From positions 1 to 53,401 of the forward strand of contig JAGXLB010000003.1 in NCBI GenBank assembly GCA_018334915.1: a DNA stretch of 53,401 nt, written 5' to 3'. Of this stretch, positions 18,430 through 26,997 are shown piece after piece; the first letter of the stretch is position 1; each line of letters starts with the position of its first letter. The translations under genes were made by a program, and so were the position numbers. The DNA is from Candidatus Bipolaricaulota bacterium. GTDB taxonomy: Bacteria > Bipolaricaulota > Bipolaricaulia > M55B111. Under the pieces are notes generated by a model that had not been told where the DNA came from, searched no databases, and saw only the letters and a program-made list of their open reading frames with translations.

Positions 18430-20076
18430 ATGTTCGAGATGAAAGACAAATTAAGAAACGCTATAACTGAGCACTCTAACCTAAAAGACAATCTCGATAG
18501 CGAAACGCTAATTGAACAGTCGGTCTCTCAAGGGGAGGCTCTCGTGAGTAAACCGGGAGCACTCGCCACCTGGACTCCCCCGGAATCCACAGGGAGAAGT
18601 CCCGAGGACACCGTAATAGTTAACCGGGATGAGATCGAGAGTACAATAGATTGGGATTCGCCCAACAATATACCGGTCGAACCGGAGACTTTCAGAATGG
18701 TCTTTGCGGACGCTCTGGAGTATATGAACGGTAAAAACAAGCTGTATCGGACGGATAGAGTTATCGGGGCGGATCCTTCCTACGCTCTGCCAACGAGAAC
18801 GATAACCGATCAAGCACTTACGTCTTTGTTTACACTAAATATGTTCCGTCCGGAGCCGGAGGATATAGGGCAAAGTATATTTGCGGATGAAGTATTTGAT
18901 CTCATTGTTTTGCCCTATGACAAGCTGGACCGGGAGAGATACCGGGGAAGACTGAGAGAGACCGAAGAAGGAAAAACTTCTAACATGATTGTTGCCATGG
19001 ATTTCGAAAAGCTTATCGGGGTGGTAATTGGTTCCGCCTACCTCGGGACGGTTAAAAAGTTAATGTTCACTACAATGAACTACCTGTTACCCGAGGAAGG
19101 AATCCTGCCGCTTCATTGTTCGGCGAACGAAGGCGAGGAAGGCGATCCCGCCCTGTTGCTTGGTTTGTCCGGCACGGGAAAGACGACCCTTTCTGCCGAT
19201 CCGAACAGAGCACTTCTTGGTGATGACGAACACGGCTGGGGCGACGACGGGATTGCGAATTTCGAGAACGGTTGCTACGCCAAACTGATCGACCTGGAGG
19301 AGGAAGAAGAACCGGAAATCTGGAACGCAATTATGCACGAGGACGACTATCGGAACCATGGTGCAATAGTGGAGAACGCCCTAATGTATCCGAATGGTGA
19401 ATTCGACTTCTTTGACGACAGGTTGACTCCAAATTCAAGGGGTTCCTATCCACTCGAATATCTTTCCAACACCAAACCATCCTCCGTATCGGATCACCCG
19501 GAAACCATATTGTTCCTGACTGCGGATGCCAACGGGGTGATACCTCCCGTATCCAAGCTCGAACCCAGCCAGGCGATGTTGTGGTTCCTTATGGGATACA
19601 CGAGTAAACTAGCAGGGACCGAAACCGGAGTTACGGAGCCGGAGTCTATCTTTTCCCGATTTTTTGGACAACCGTTTATGCCAAGAAATCCTGACGTCTA
19701 CGCCGAGATGCTGGGAGAAAAGATGAAAGAACACGGCACAGATGTATACTTGATTAACACCGGCTGGACAGGCGGACCTTATGGAGAAGGTAAAAGAATT
19801 GACCTTCCTTACACCAGGGCAATGGTAGATGCGGCATTGTCAGGTGAGCTCAGGGACGTTGAATACGAAGAAGATGAGTGCTTCCACTTAAGAAGACCTA
19901 AGACCTGTCCTGGTGTGCCGGATAGGGTATTGAATCCAAAGAAGACCTGGGATGACCCCGAGGCCTACGATAATAGAGCAAAAGAACTGGCTGCTGAATT
20001 CTCGAATCACTTTGATAGGGCATACGGGGACAAACAAATCGATCAAGGAGTTGTTAAGGAGTGTCCCGGTAAGTGA
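18430..20076 (+). CDS. pckA: Phosphoenolpyruvate carboxykinase (ATP)
   Basis: TGRSP, LHCSAN, GLSGTGKTTLS, GDDEHGW, NFENGCYAK, NSRGSYP, NTGWTGG. Confidence 0.95.
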   Translation: MFEMKDKLRNAITEHSNLKDNLDSETLIEQSVSQGEALVSKPGALATWTPPESTGRSPEDTVIVNRDEIESTIDWDSPNNIPVEPETFRMVFADALEYMNGKNKLYRTDRVIGADPSYALPTRTITDQALTSLFTLNMFRPEPEDIGQSIFADEVFDLIVLPYDKLDRERYRGRLRETEEGKTSNMIVAMDFEKLIGVVIGSAYLGTVKKLMFTTMNYLLPEEGILPLHCSANEGEEGDPALLLGLSGTGKTTLSADPNRALLGDDEHGWGDDGIANFENGCYAKLIDLEEEEEPEIWNAIMHEDDYRNHGAIVENALMYPNGEFDFFDDRLTPNSRGSYPLEYLSNTKPSSVSDHPETILFLTADANGVIPPVSKLEPSQAMLWFLMGYTSKLAGTETGVTEPESIFSRFFGQPFMPRNPDVYAEMLGEKMKEHGTDVYLINTGWTGGPYGEGKRIDLPYTRAMVDAALSGELRDVEYEEDECFHLRRPKTCPGVPDRVLNPKKTWDDPEAYDNRAKELAAEFSNHFDRAYGDKQIDQGVVKECPGK

Positions 20077-20104
20077 ATTACAGTTGAGCTAGTTTTGCAT
20101 TAAA

Positions 20105-20122
20105 CTGTGAATATAGTAACAA
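20105..20122 (+). promoter_or_regulatory. Possible Rex-like operator upstream of gdhA
   Basis: CTGTGAA-TATA-GTAACAA versus TTGTGAA-N4-TTCACAA (11/14), just downstream of a TTGCAT -35-like hexamer. Confidence 0.25.
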
Positions 20123-20167
20123 TAATAGTGGCAATAACACAACTATTCTCCTAAGAGGGGGCATAAA

Positions 20168-21433
20168 ATGAAGGAAATGAACCCGTTTAAGACTGTGCAG
20201 CGCCAGCTGGACAAAGCTGCTGAAGTTTTGAATTTGGACGAGTCAGTTCATCAGGCGTTAAGAGAACCTATGCGGACTTTTATTATTAATTTTCAAGTTA
20301 AGATGGATGATGGATCGTCCAAGACGTTTAAAGGGTATAGAGTTCAATATAATGATGCGCTAGGGCCGACAAAAGGCGGGTTGAGATTTCATCCCGATGA
20401 GACGCTTGACACTGTCAAAGCTTTAGCTGCCTGGATGACCTGGAAGACCGCCGTGGCTGATATACCTTACGGTGGGGGCAAAGGAGGGGTTGTCTGCTCC
20501 CCGAACCAGCTCTCGGAAAGAGAGATGGAAAGGGTGGCCAGGTCGTATTTATCCGCTATCTCTGATTATATTGGTCCGGATAAGGATATACCCGCTCCAG
20601 ACGTATACACGACATCTCAGACGATGGCATGGATGATGGATGAATATAGCAAAATAAAGGGTGTCAACGCTCCCGGCGTTATAACGGGTAAACCTGTCGA
20701 AGTGGGTGGTTCACTGGGGCGGAGTGACGCGACGGCCCGAGGAGTAATTTATACAATTCGGGAGGCCGCGAATAAGTTAAACAGGTCCCTCGATGATGCA
20801 ACAGTCGCGGTTCAGGGTTACGGTAACGTTGGCTCTCACATCCACAGGTTAATGGAAGAACAATTGGGGGCTAAAGTGGTGGCGATTGGTGACGAAGAGG
20901 GGGCCATCTATTCAGAAGACGGTATATGTTACAGTAAAGTCCTGGATAATATGAAAGACCACGGGGTCTTCTCAAAAGAGATGGGTGGAGTAGAATACCT
21001 GGGAGATGTCAAAGAGGGAAACGAAAAGTTACTTGAACTGGACGTGGATATTTTAATACCTGCCGCTATTGAAAACGTTTTAACCGAGGAGAACGCGGAT
21101 AATGTAAAAGCAGATATAATAGCGGAAGCGGCAAACGGACCCACTACGCCTGAGGCGGACGATATCCTGAACCAGAAAGAAATATACATAATACCCGATT
21201 TTCTCTGTAACGCGGGTGGGGTGACAGTTTCGTACTTTGAGTGGGTTCAGAACAGAAATAGGTACTACTGGTCCGAGGCGGAGGTCTACGAACGGCTGGA
21301 TAAGAAGATGACCAAGGCTTTTGCCGAGGTCCACAATAGAGCTCGGAAAGAAGGGCTGGACAATAGGACCGCTGCTTATATGGTCTCGATTGAGAGAATC
21401 GCCAGGGCAATGGAGCTAAGAGGATGGGTCTAA
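20168..21433 (+). CDS. gdhA: Glutamate dehydrogenase (Glu/Leu/Phe/Val family)
   Basis: GPTKGGLRFHP, GGGKGG, DIPAPD, GYGNVG, EAANGP, NAGGVTVSYFEW. Confidence 0.95.
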   Translation: MKEMNPFKTVQRQLDKAAEVLNLDESVHQALREPMRTFIINFQVKMDDGSSKTFKGYRVQYNDALGPTKGGLRFHPDETLDTVKALAAWMTWKTAVADIPYGGGKGGVVCSPNQLSEREMERVARSYLSAISDYIGPDKDIPAPDVYTTSQTMAWMMDEYSKIKGVNAPGVITGKPVEVGGSLGRSDATARGVIYTIREAANKLNRSLDDATVAVQGYGNVGSHIHRLMEEQLGAKVVAIGDEEGAIYSEDGICYSKVLDNMKDHGVFSKEMGGVEYLGDVKEGNEKLLELDVDILIPAAIENVLTEENADNVKADIIAEAANGPTTPEADDILNQKEIYIIPDFLCNAGGVTVSYFEWVQNRNRYYWSEAEVYERLDKKMTKAFAEVHNRARKEGLDNRTAAYMVSIERIARAMELRGWV

Positions 21434-21511
21434 GTCCCTGAACTCAGTTCTTTCACCACTATTCGGAAGTAAGGTGAAGGTCACAAAGAATCACCATATT
21501 TTTTGGTTCAA

Positions 21512-21598
21512 GCCTCCTGCCTCTTACCTGGCAACTGATTTGACCTTAAAATCTTACCAGTAGACAAAATCCCGGAAGCCAGGTAAGAGGCAGGAGGC
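21512..21598. repeat. Perfect 21-bp inverted repeat with 45-nt spacer
   Basis: GCCTCCTGCCTCTTACCTGGC (21512-21532) and GCCAGGTAAGAGGCAGGAGGC (21578-21598). Confidence 0.9.
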
Positions 21599-21630
21599 AT
21601 AGGAGGACAAAACAATGATGTACGGGGATA

Positions 21631-21836
21631 GTCAATTACCCCGCACCAATGTGCGGGGCTTGGAGAAAAGCAAATTTGACTACGGATTTTGGTCTTTTAC
21701 AAAAAAAGACCCAGCACTCAAATGAGGAAAGCTGCTTGGGCTAAGAATCCGTTAATTTTACCTATTCCCCTACAGTCTTGGAACTAGCCTAGAGTACGTG
21801 AGCCAAGTTGCAGGTCTCATTTGAGTGCTGGTTTTG
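21631..21836 (+). mobile_element. Non-coding IS200/IS605-ended element with internal long stem-loop (copy 1)
   Basis: Starts GTCAATTACCCCGCACCAATGTGCGGGGCTTG...TTGAC; 16-bp stem 21711-21726/21816-21831; ends GTTTTG|GTGAA. Confidence 0.6.
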
Positions 21837-21846
21837 GTGAAACAAT

Positions 21847-21878
21847 CAAGCCCCGTCAATCTTGACGGGGCTTTTAAC
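21847..21878 (-). repeat. Inverted copy of the element-end hairpin; may act as a terminator between convergent genes
   Basis: Minus strand GTTAAAAGCCCCGTCAAGATTGACGGGGCTTG; 12-bp inverted repeat 21848-21859/21862-21873. Confidence 0.6.
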
Positions 21879-21940
21879 TTCCAATTGGAGTGACGATAAA
21901 CCCCAAAGTCCGGAGTTTACTTGAGTGATTTTGTTTTTTG

Positions 21941-23719
21941 CTAGCCTCTTATCAGTTTGAGCAGGTCTTTAGCAGCCTTTTCAGGTCCTTCTTTCTCCAT
22001 ACCTGATACGCCCAGTCTCGTTCTCAGCTGGCCTACGAATATCCCGTCACTGAAGAACTGGTCGAAAAATTCGTCTGCCAGCTGGTCGTGTGTTTCTTTA
22101 AACTGTGGTGGCCCGAAAGGGTTGGCGAAGTAAGTATGGCTTAGTCCTTTCTCAGTGGTGGTACCTTTTGACATTCGGGCTCCTTCGCTGAATATCGACA
22201 GGGCCCTTTCTGGAGTGGAAACCCTTTCTACAGTTGGATGTTCCGAATCCACTTCCTCGTAGTTATTAGCGTAAAAGAGGTAATCTATCGGTACTCCCTC
22301 CAGTACTTTCTCAATTGGTGCGACCGGCATCAAAGCGCGAGCGTTTGTCCTCTGGGGACTCATAAATATTGACCTGTCAAGCTGACTGAATGCGTACCCT
22401 TTCTGGAGATCGTCGAGTCTCACGAAAGCCCCGGTTTCCGTGCCGTAGCCCTGAATTCTCCCATCTTTGTCAATACCCAGTGATCCCATGTCATCGCAAA
22501 TTATTTCCATTTCCTGAATCGAATCTTCAGCTATTACTCGAAATGCTTCTAAAGTCTCGGATTTACCGGCACCGGAACCCCCTAGTATGGCTATTGAGAC
22601 TGGATCCATATCCTTGAAGAATATCCTAGTCATTGCCCCGTGGAGAGGTAGTCGGCCTCTTTTCATGGCAATGACGTTATGGAGCGTTAACATCATTTTC
22701 TTAACGTATCCGAAGTAGCCGAACCTGTCCTCCCTGGGTAAAGCTCCGTAGAGCAGGTCGTTTTCCTCATCCTGAAAAAATACTGTTGGAAGACCTCCGT
22801 AGTCCTTCATTTTTGAAGGATCAATTCCATAGGCGTAGATTGCGTCAGGGCTACTCTTGAGGTCTTCTCCTGTCGCCAGCTCGAACAGGTTGGCTAAAGA
22901 AGCTCCCAGATCTAGAAATTCCTGATGGAAAAATACGTCAATTCTGAGGTCGCCGACCTTTGCGGGATAGCAGAGCCAGTTATGGGGATTTATTTCTGCG
23001 TTTTTCAGGGGGTTTCTGTTGGTCTCCTGAAACCTGCCAGTTCGTTTATTCATCGGGGGATCGATTACAAATGGCGGTTCGATGGTTACCTGTTCGATAA
23101 CCGGAACCTGACCGAATTGCTTCCTCAGGTAATCCGGATATTGAAACTCTTTCTTGTCTACAGCCAGTCCGACCTCAAATCCGGCGGACACCTGGCGATA
23201 GACTATTGGGTGAGAATTGGTGATGTTTTCGGCTATGGACCGGTAAGCAGAGCGGACGAGCTCAGTTAACTCGTCGAGTTCCCGATTGAACTGGAGATAG
23301 GGTCGGGTCCCCTCTTCACTGGAGCCGTATCCCGTCCACTTCACCAAAAACCTGGTATACTCTCGCCAGTAGTCGTAGAGCTTTTCGATAAATTGATGAA
23401 ATTTCCCCCTGTGTTGTAAAATCCTTTCTCCAAGTTCGGATTTCGGACCCACCTTGGTAAGCGGGGACTCCAGAAGATCTATCAGCACAGGATGTATTCT
23501 TTCGGTTATCGTAGGAGCGGGTTGGTTGGCAAGGTCGTCCGGTAGAATTTGCAGCAACCGTGATTGGTCGTTTTTTAATTTCTCGATAAATTTCAATATT
23601 ACTTTTTGGGCAGGGTTACTCTGCAGTAGTTCTTTCTCGGTCTTGCATGGCTGTTCCCTGACCGTCAGTAAAGCCTGGTTCCGTGCCCAGGATAGTTGAT
23701 TGGTTTGCAAGGTTTTCAC
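21941..23719 (-). CDS. Divergent PEP carboxykinase-superfamily P-loop protein
   Basis: YFGYVKK, LPLHGAM, GGSGAGKSET, ICDDMG, GTETGAF and TNARALMP parallel the PEPCK motifs in order; N-terminal half unlike PckA. Confidence 0.75.
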   Translation of the reverse strand: MKTLQTNQLSWARNQALLTVREQPCKTEKELLQSNPAQKVILKFIEKLKNDQSRLLQILPDDLANQPAPTITERIHPVLIDLLESPLTKVGPKSELGERILQHRGKFHQFIEKLYDYWREYTRFLVKWTGYGSSEEGTRPYLQFNRELDELTELVRSAYRSIAENITNSHPIVYRQVSAGFEVGLAVDKKEFQYPDYLRKQFGQVPVIEQVTIEPPFVIDPPMNKRTGRFQETNRNPLKNAEINPHNWLCYPAKVGDLRIDVFFHQEFLDLGASLANLFELATGEDLKSSPDAIYAYGIDPSKMKDYGGLPTVFFQDEENDLLYGALPREDRFGYFGYVKKMMLTLHNVIAMKRGRLPLHGAMTRIFFKDMDPVSIAILGGSGAGKSETLEAFRVIAEDSIQEMEIICDDMGSLGIDKDGRIQGYGTETGAFVRLDDLQKGYAFSQLDRSIFMSPQRTNARALMPVAPIEKVLEGVPIDYLFYANNYEEVDSEHPTVERVSTPERALSIFSEGARMSKGTTTEKGLSHTYFANPFGPPQFKETHDQLADEFFDQFFSDGIFVGQLRTRLGVSGMEKEGPEKAAKDLLKLIRG

Positions 23720-24205
23720 CTCCAGAAAACTTGCCTAGGAGAGATTGGGTAGCGAAAAAACAATATTCGGTGAGAATGGGTAAATTTTAAAGGGGAATTA
23801 TATTCCCCGTATTATCGAGGTATGAGGCGAAAAACAGATAGTAAAGCCTGACCGAATTATGGTTTAAACTGTTCATGATTACCTTAAAAATCAAAACATT
23901 ATAAGCAAAGTTTGTATCTGAAGTCAAGATCGTATTTTTCTCTCGGTTGGGCTTTATCGTTCGTCCAGTCTGCCAGATTACCCCGCGAGAGTTGAAATCC
24001 TTCTAAACTCCGAAAATAAAACCAAAGCGCTTTGTGAAAGTTCGGCCCCTAGCTATTTGGCAGAACTTAACGGGCTGTTGTAATGAGTTTAAGTTTCGGT
24101 TAAATTAAGTTATATTTACTTACTTGTTAAACCTTAATAAGTGGTTAGGTTAGCATGCCGTGAGGGGTGCAGGAAAAAATGCAAGACGAGTAATTAGAAA
24201 TAAAA

Positions 24206-25429
24206 TTGATTACTCGAGGAGTGGTTAAAATTTCTAAAGCTTTTAGAGCGAGTCAGATAATTACGATGGGGGACGAAGGTGAGGTCACTGACGGGTTAAT
24301 TATTTTGAAAGATGGGGAGATAGACTACGTCGGTCCCTACGACTCAACCAAGGTTCCAGAAGATGCCGATGTGGTTGATTTCGGCGATCAAACGATTTTG
24401 CCGGGACTTATCGATGCCCATACACATGTGGGTGTCCACGAAGACGGCGAGGGTTGGGAAGGTCAGGACACAAACGAGATGACAGACCCGGTGACACCTC
24501 AGGTAAAAGCTATTGACGGGATAAATCCGGCAGGGCTTGGCCTTCAGGACGCGGTAAATGCTGGTGTTACGACCGTGAATACCGGGCCAGGGTCGGGTAA
24601 CGTAATTGGAGGTCAGTTTGCCGCGGTAAAGACTTCGGGGTCTATAGTATTGGATGAACTCTTAATTAAAGAACCGACAGCCATGAAGATGGCCACCGGC
24701 GAGAATCCAAAACGCGTTTACAAGGAAAAGGATAGTATCCCCAGCACGAGGATAGGTACGGGAGCTACATTGAGGGAAGCGTTATTCGACGCGAAGGATT
24801 ATATTGAGAGAAAAAAAGAAAACGGAGAGGATAATTCGTTTAAAAAGGATTACAAGCTGGAGGCGCTGGTGCCAGTGCTTAAAGGTGATTTAAGGGCTAA
24901 AATACACGCCCATAGAGCTGACGATATAATTACAGCTATAAGGATCGCGGAGGAGTTCGACCTGGACTATTCTATAGATCATTGCACGGAAGGTCATAAG
25001 ATAGTGGATTTCCTCGCAGAACACGAGTCCGATGCAGTAGTGGGTCCCAGCATGACTTCAAGGAGCAAAAGAGAATTGGTCGAGAGGACGTTCAAAACTC
25101 CTGGTCTACTGGCTGAGGCCGGAGTGAGGGTGGCCATAACAACCGACTCTCCCGTCATACCCATCCAGTACCTTCCCCTGCTCGCTGCATTTGCCGTGAG
25201 GGAGGGAATGGACAGAATGGAAGCCCTAAAAGCAATTACGATTAATAGTGCTCGTATAGCTCAAATAGATGACAGGGTAGGATCGCTTGAGCCAGGTAAG
25301 GACGGAGATTTTATCGTTACGGATGGCTCTATCTTCGACCTGGAAAATAACCTGGAAAGAGTCTTCGTGGAAGGTCATGAAGTAGACAGAAGCGAGCTCC
25401 CTAAGTCCGGTAAATCCAGAACTTTTTAA
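24206..25429 (+). CDS. Metal-dependent amidohydrolase
   Basis: PGLIDAHTH, KMATGENPK, HAHRADD, DHCTEG, GSLEPGKDGD; exact start uncertain. Confidence 0.88.
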   Translation: MITRGVVKISKAFRASQIITMGDEGEVTDGLIILKDGEIDYVGPYDSTKVPEDADVVDFGDQTILPGLIDAHTHVGVHEDGEGWEGQDTNEMTDPVTPQVKAIDGINPAGLGLQDAVNAGVTTVNTGPGSGNVIGGQFAAVKTSGSIVLDELLIKEPTAMKMATGENPKRVYKEKDSIPSTRIGTGATLREALFDAKDYIERKKENGEDNSFKKDYKLEALVPVLKGDLRAKIHAHRADDIITAIRIAEEFDLDYSIDHCTEGHKIVDFLAEHESDAVVGPSMTSRSKRELVERTFKTPGLLAEAGVRVAITTDSPVIPIQYLPLLAAFAVREGMDRMEALKAITINSARIAQIDDRVGSLEPGKDGDFIVTDGSIFDLENNLERVFVEGHEVDRSELPKSGKSRTF

Positions 25430-25460
25430 ATTTCTTACCGAAAGGAAAGTACAATTTAGA

Positions 25461-26714
25461 ATGAACCAATCCAGCTCGAACTTATTTGAACAGGGAGAAC
25501 CCGAGACTGACGAGATATATTCGGTCTCCCAACTAAACAGGGAAGCACGTTATCTGTTAGAGGAAAATTTTCGCTCGATCTGGGTCGAGGGAGAAGTCTC
25601 CAATCTCCATGAATCCTCTGCCGGCCACCTATATTTCACTCTGAAAGAGGAAGACTCAGAGATAGACGCCGTTATGTTTTCGGGCGATAAGAGGAAAATC
25701 GGTCTAGAACCGGAGGACGGAATAGCTCTTATCGCCCGGGGGACTTTGACCGTCTACGAGAAAAGGGGTCGGTATCAGCTGAGGGTTAGAGATCTAAAAG
25801 AAGTGGGCAAAGGGGACCTTCAAAAAAAATTTCAGCAGCTCAAAAAACGGTTGAAAGAGGAAGGTCTATTCGACGATTCGAAGAAGAAAAGTCTCCCGCG
25901 ATTTCCCGGTTCAATAGGGATTATTACTTCACCAACAGGCGCAGCCATTAGAGATATAGTTTCAACGATCGAGGAAAGACTTCCCGCCGTTACCTGTTAT
26001 GTCTTTCCCGTGAAAGTACAGGGTGAAGGAGCAGCAGGCCAGATAGCAGAGTCGATTCGCCGGGCGAACAATCTTCGGCTGAAAATGGATCTCGATCTTC
26101 TGGTTATAAGCAGGGGTGGAGGTTCTCTTGAGGACCTGTGGCCCTTTAACGAAGAGGTTGTTGCCCGGGCTATTTACGACTCGGACCTTCCTGTAGTTTC
26201 AGGCGTGGGGCACGAGGTTGATTTTACTATCTCTGATTTCGTGGCCGACGTAAGGGTTCCTACTCCAACGGCGGCGGGGAAAGAAGTTGTACCTGAGAAA
26301 AGGGATATCTTAAAAGACGTAGACGTATATAAAAATAGAATATTGAAAACGGGGGCTTCAACTGTTGAGGACAGAAAAAGGGAGCTGGATAGGTTAACAT
26401 CCAGTTTTGGGTTTAGACTACCGTTTAGAAATCTCGAAGATAAATCTCAGGAGTTCGACGAGTTAGCAGTAGAGCTTATGGAGAATGGAACAAATATTTT
26501 GTCCCTTCGCAGAGATTCTTTGATCTCCCTGGTTGACAGACTCTCGATTGCCAATCCGACCGAATTGCTCAAGAAGGGGTATTCTGTAACTTATGGGGAA
26601 AGCGGTTCGTTAGTAACCGATTATAGGGACGTAGAAGACGGGGAAAACTTGAAGACCAGGCTGTATAAGGGTATTATTCATTCTGTGGTAACGGGGGTCA
26701 ATAAGAATGAATGA
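25461..26714 (+). CDS. xseA: Exodeoxyribonuclease VII large subunit
   Basis: GEVSN, GHLYFTLK, ITSPTGAAIRD, RGGGSLEDLW, GHEVD, TPTAA. Confidence 0.96.
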   Translation: MNQSSSNLFEQGEPETDEIYSVSQLNREARYLLEENFRSIWVEGEVSNLHESSAGHLYFTLKEEDSEIDAVMFSGDKRKIGLEPEDGIALIARGTLTVYEKRGRYQLRVRDLKEVGKGDLQKKFQQLKKRLKEEGLFDDSKKKSLPRFPGSIGIITSPTGAAIRDIVSTIEERLPAVTCYVFPVKVQGEGAAGQIAESIRRANNLRLKMDLDLLVISRGGGSLEDLWPFNEEVVARAIYDSDLPVVSGVGHEVDFTISDFVADVRVPTPTAAGKEVVPEKRDILKDVDVYKNRILKTGASTVEDRKRELDRLTSSFGFRLPFRNLEDKSQEFDELAVELMENGTNILSLRRDSLISLVDRLSIANPTELLKKGYSVTYGESGSLVTDYRDVEDGENLKTRLYKGIIHSVVTGVNKNE

Positions 26715-26934
26715 AGAAGAAGTAGATATCGAAGGCAACCTTGAAAAACTGGAATCTATAGTAAGGGAACTCGAAGACGAACAGCTGGACCTGGAAAGAT
26801 CTATAGAACTGTTTGAAGAGGGAGTAAAGCTTGCCGAAGAGGTTAAGGGGGGACTGTCGGAGGCTGAACTCCGGTTGAAGAAGGTGGTTGAATCAAGCGA
26901 CCTGGACTTTGAGGCTGAGGATTTTAACCTTTAA
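26707..26934 (+). CDS. xseB: Exodeoxyribonuclease VII small subunit
   Basis: LE.IV.ELE....LE.SIELFEEG pattern; overlaps xseA. Confidence 0.93.
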   Translation: MNEEEVDIEGNLEKLESIVRELEDEQLDLERSIELFEEGVKLAEEVKGGLSEAELRLKKVVESSDLDFEAEDFNL

Positions 26935-26997
26935 AATTGAGGAGCTACCGATTCTCTCTTTTTGGGTTAATTTTATTGCTAAAACGGGGTATCAGAC

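Noticed and set aside
21434-21940. CRISPR array, tRNA or retron msr-msd
   Set aside because: No regularly spaced direct repeats, no cloverleaf, and no cas or reverse transcriptase gene in the window.
23714-23790. AAAACTTGCCTAGGA resembling the element end, and a 13/16 match between 23774-23789 and the copy-1 interior
   Set aside because: Short AT-rich matches without the hairpin; could be chance.
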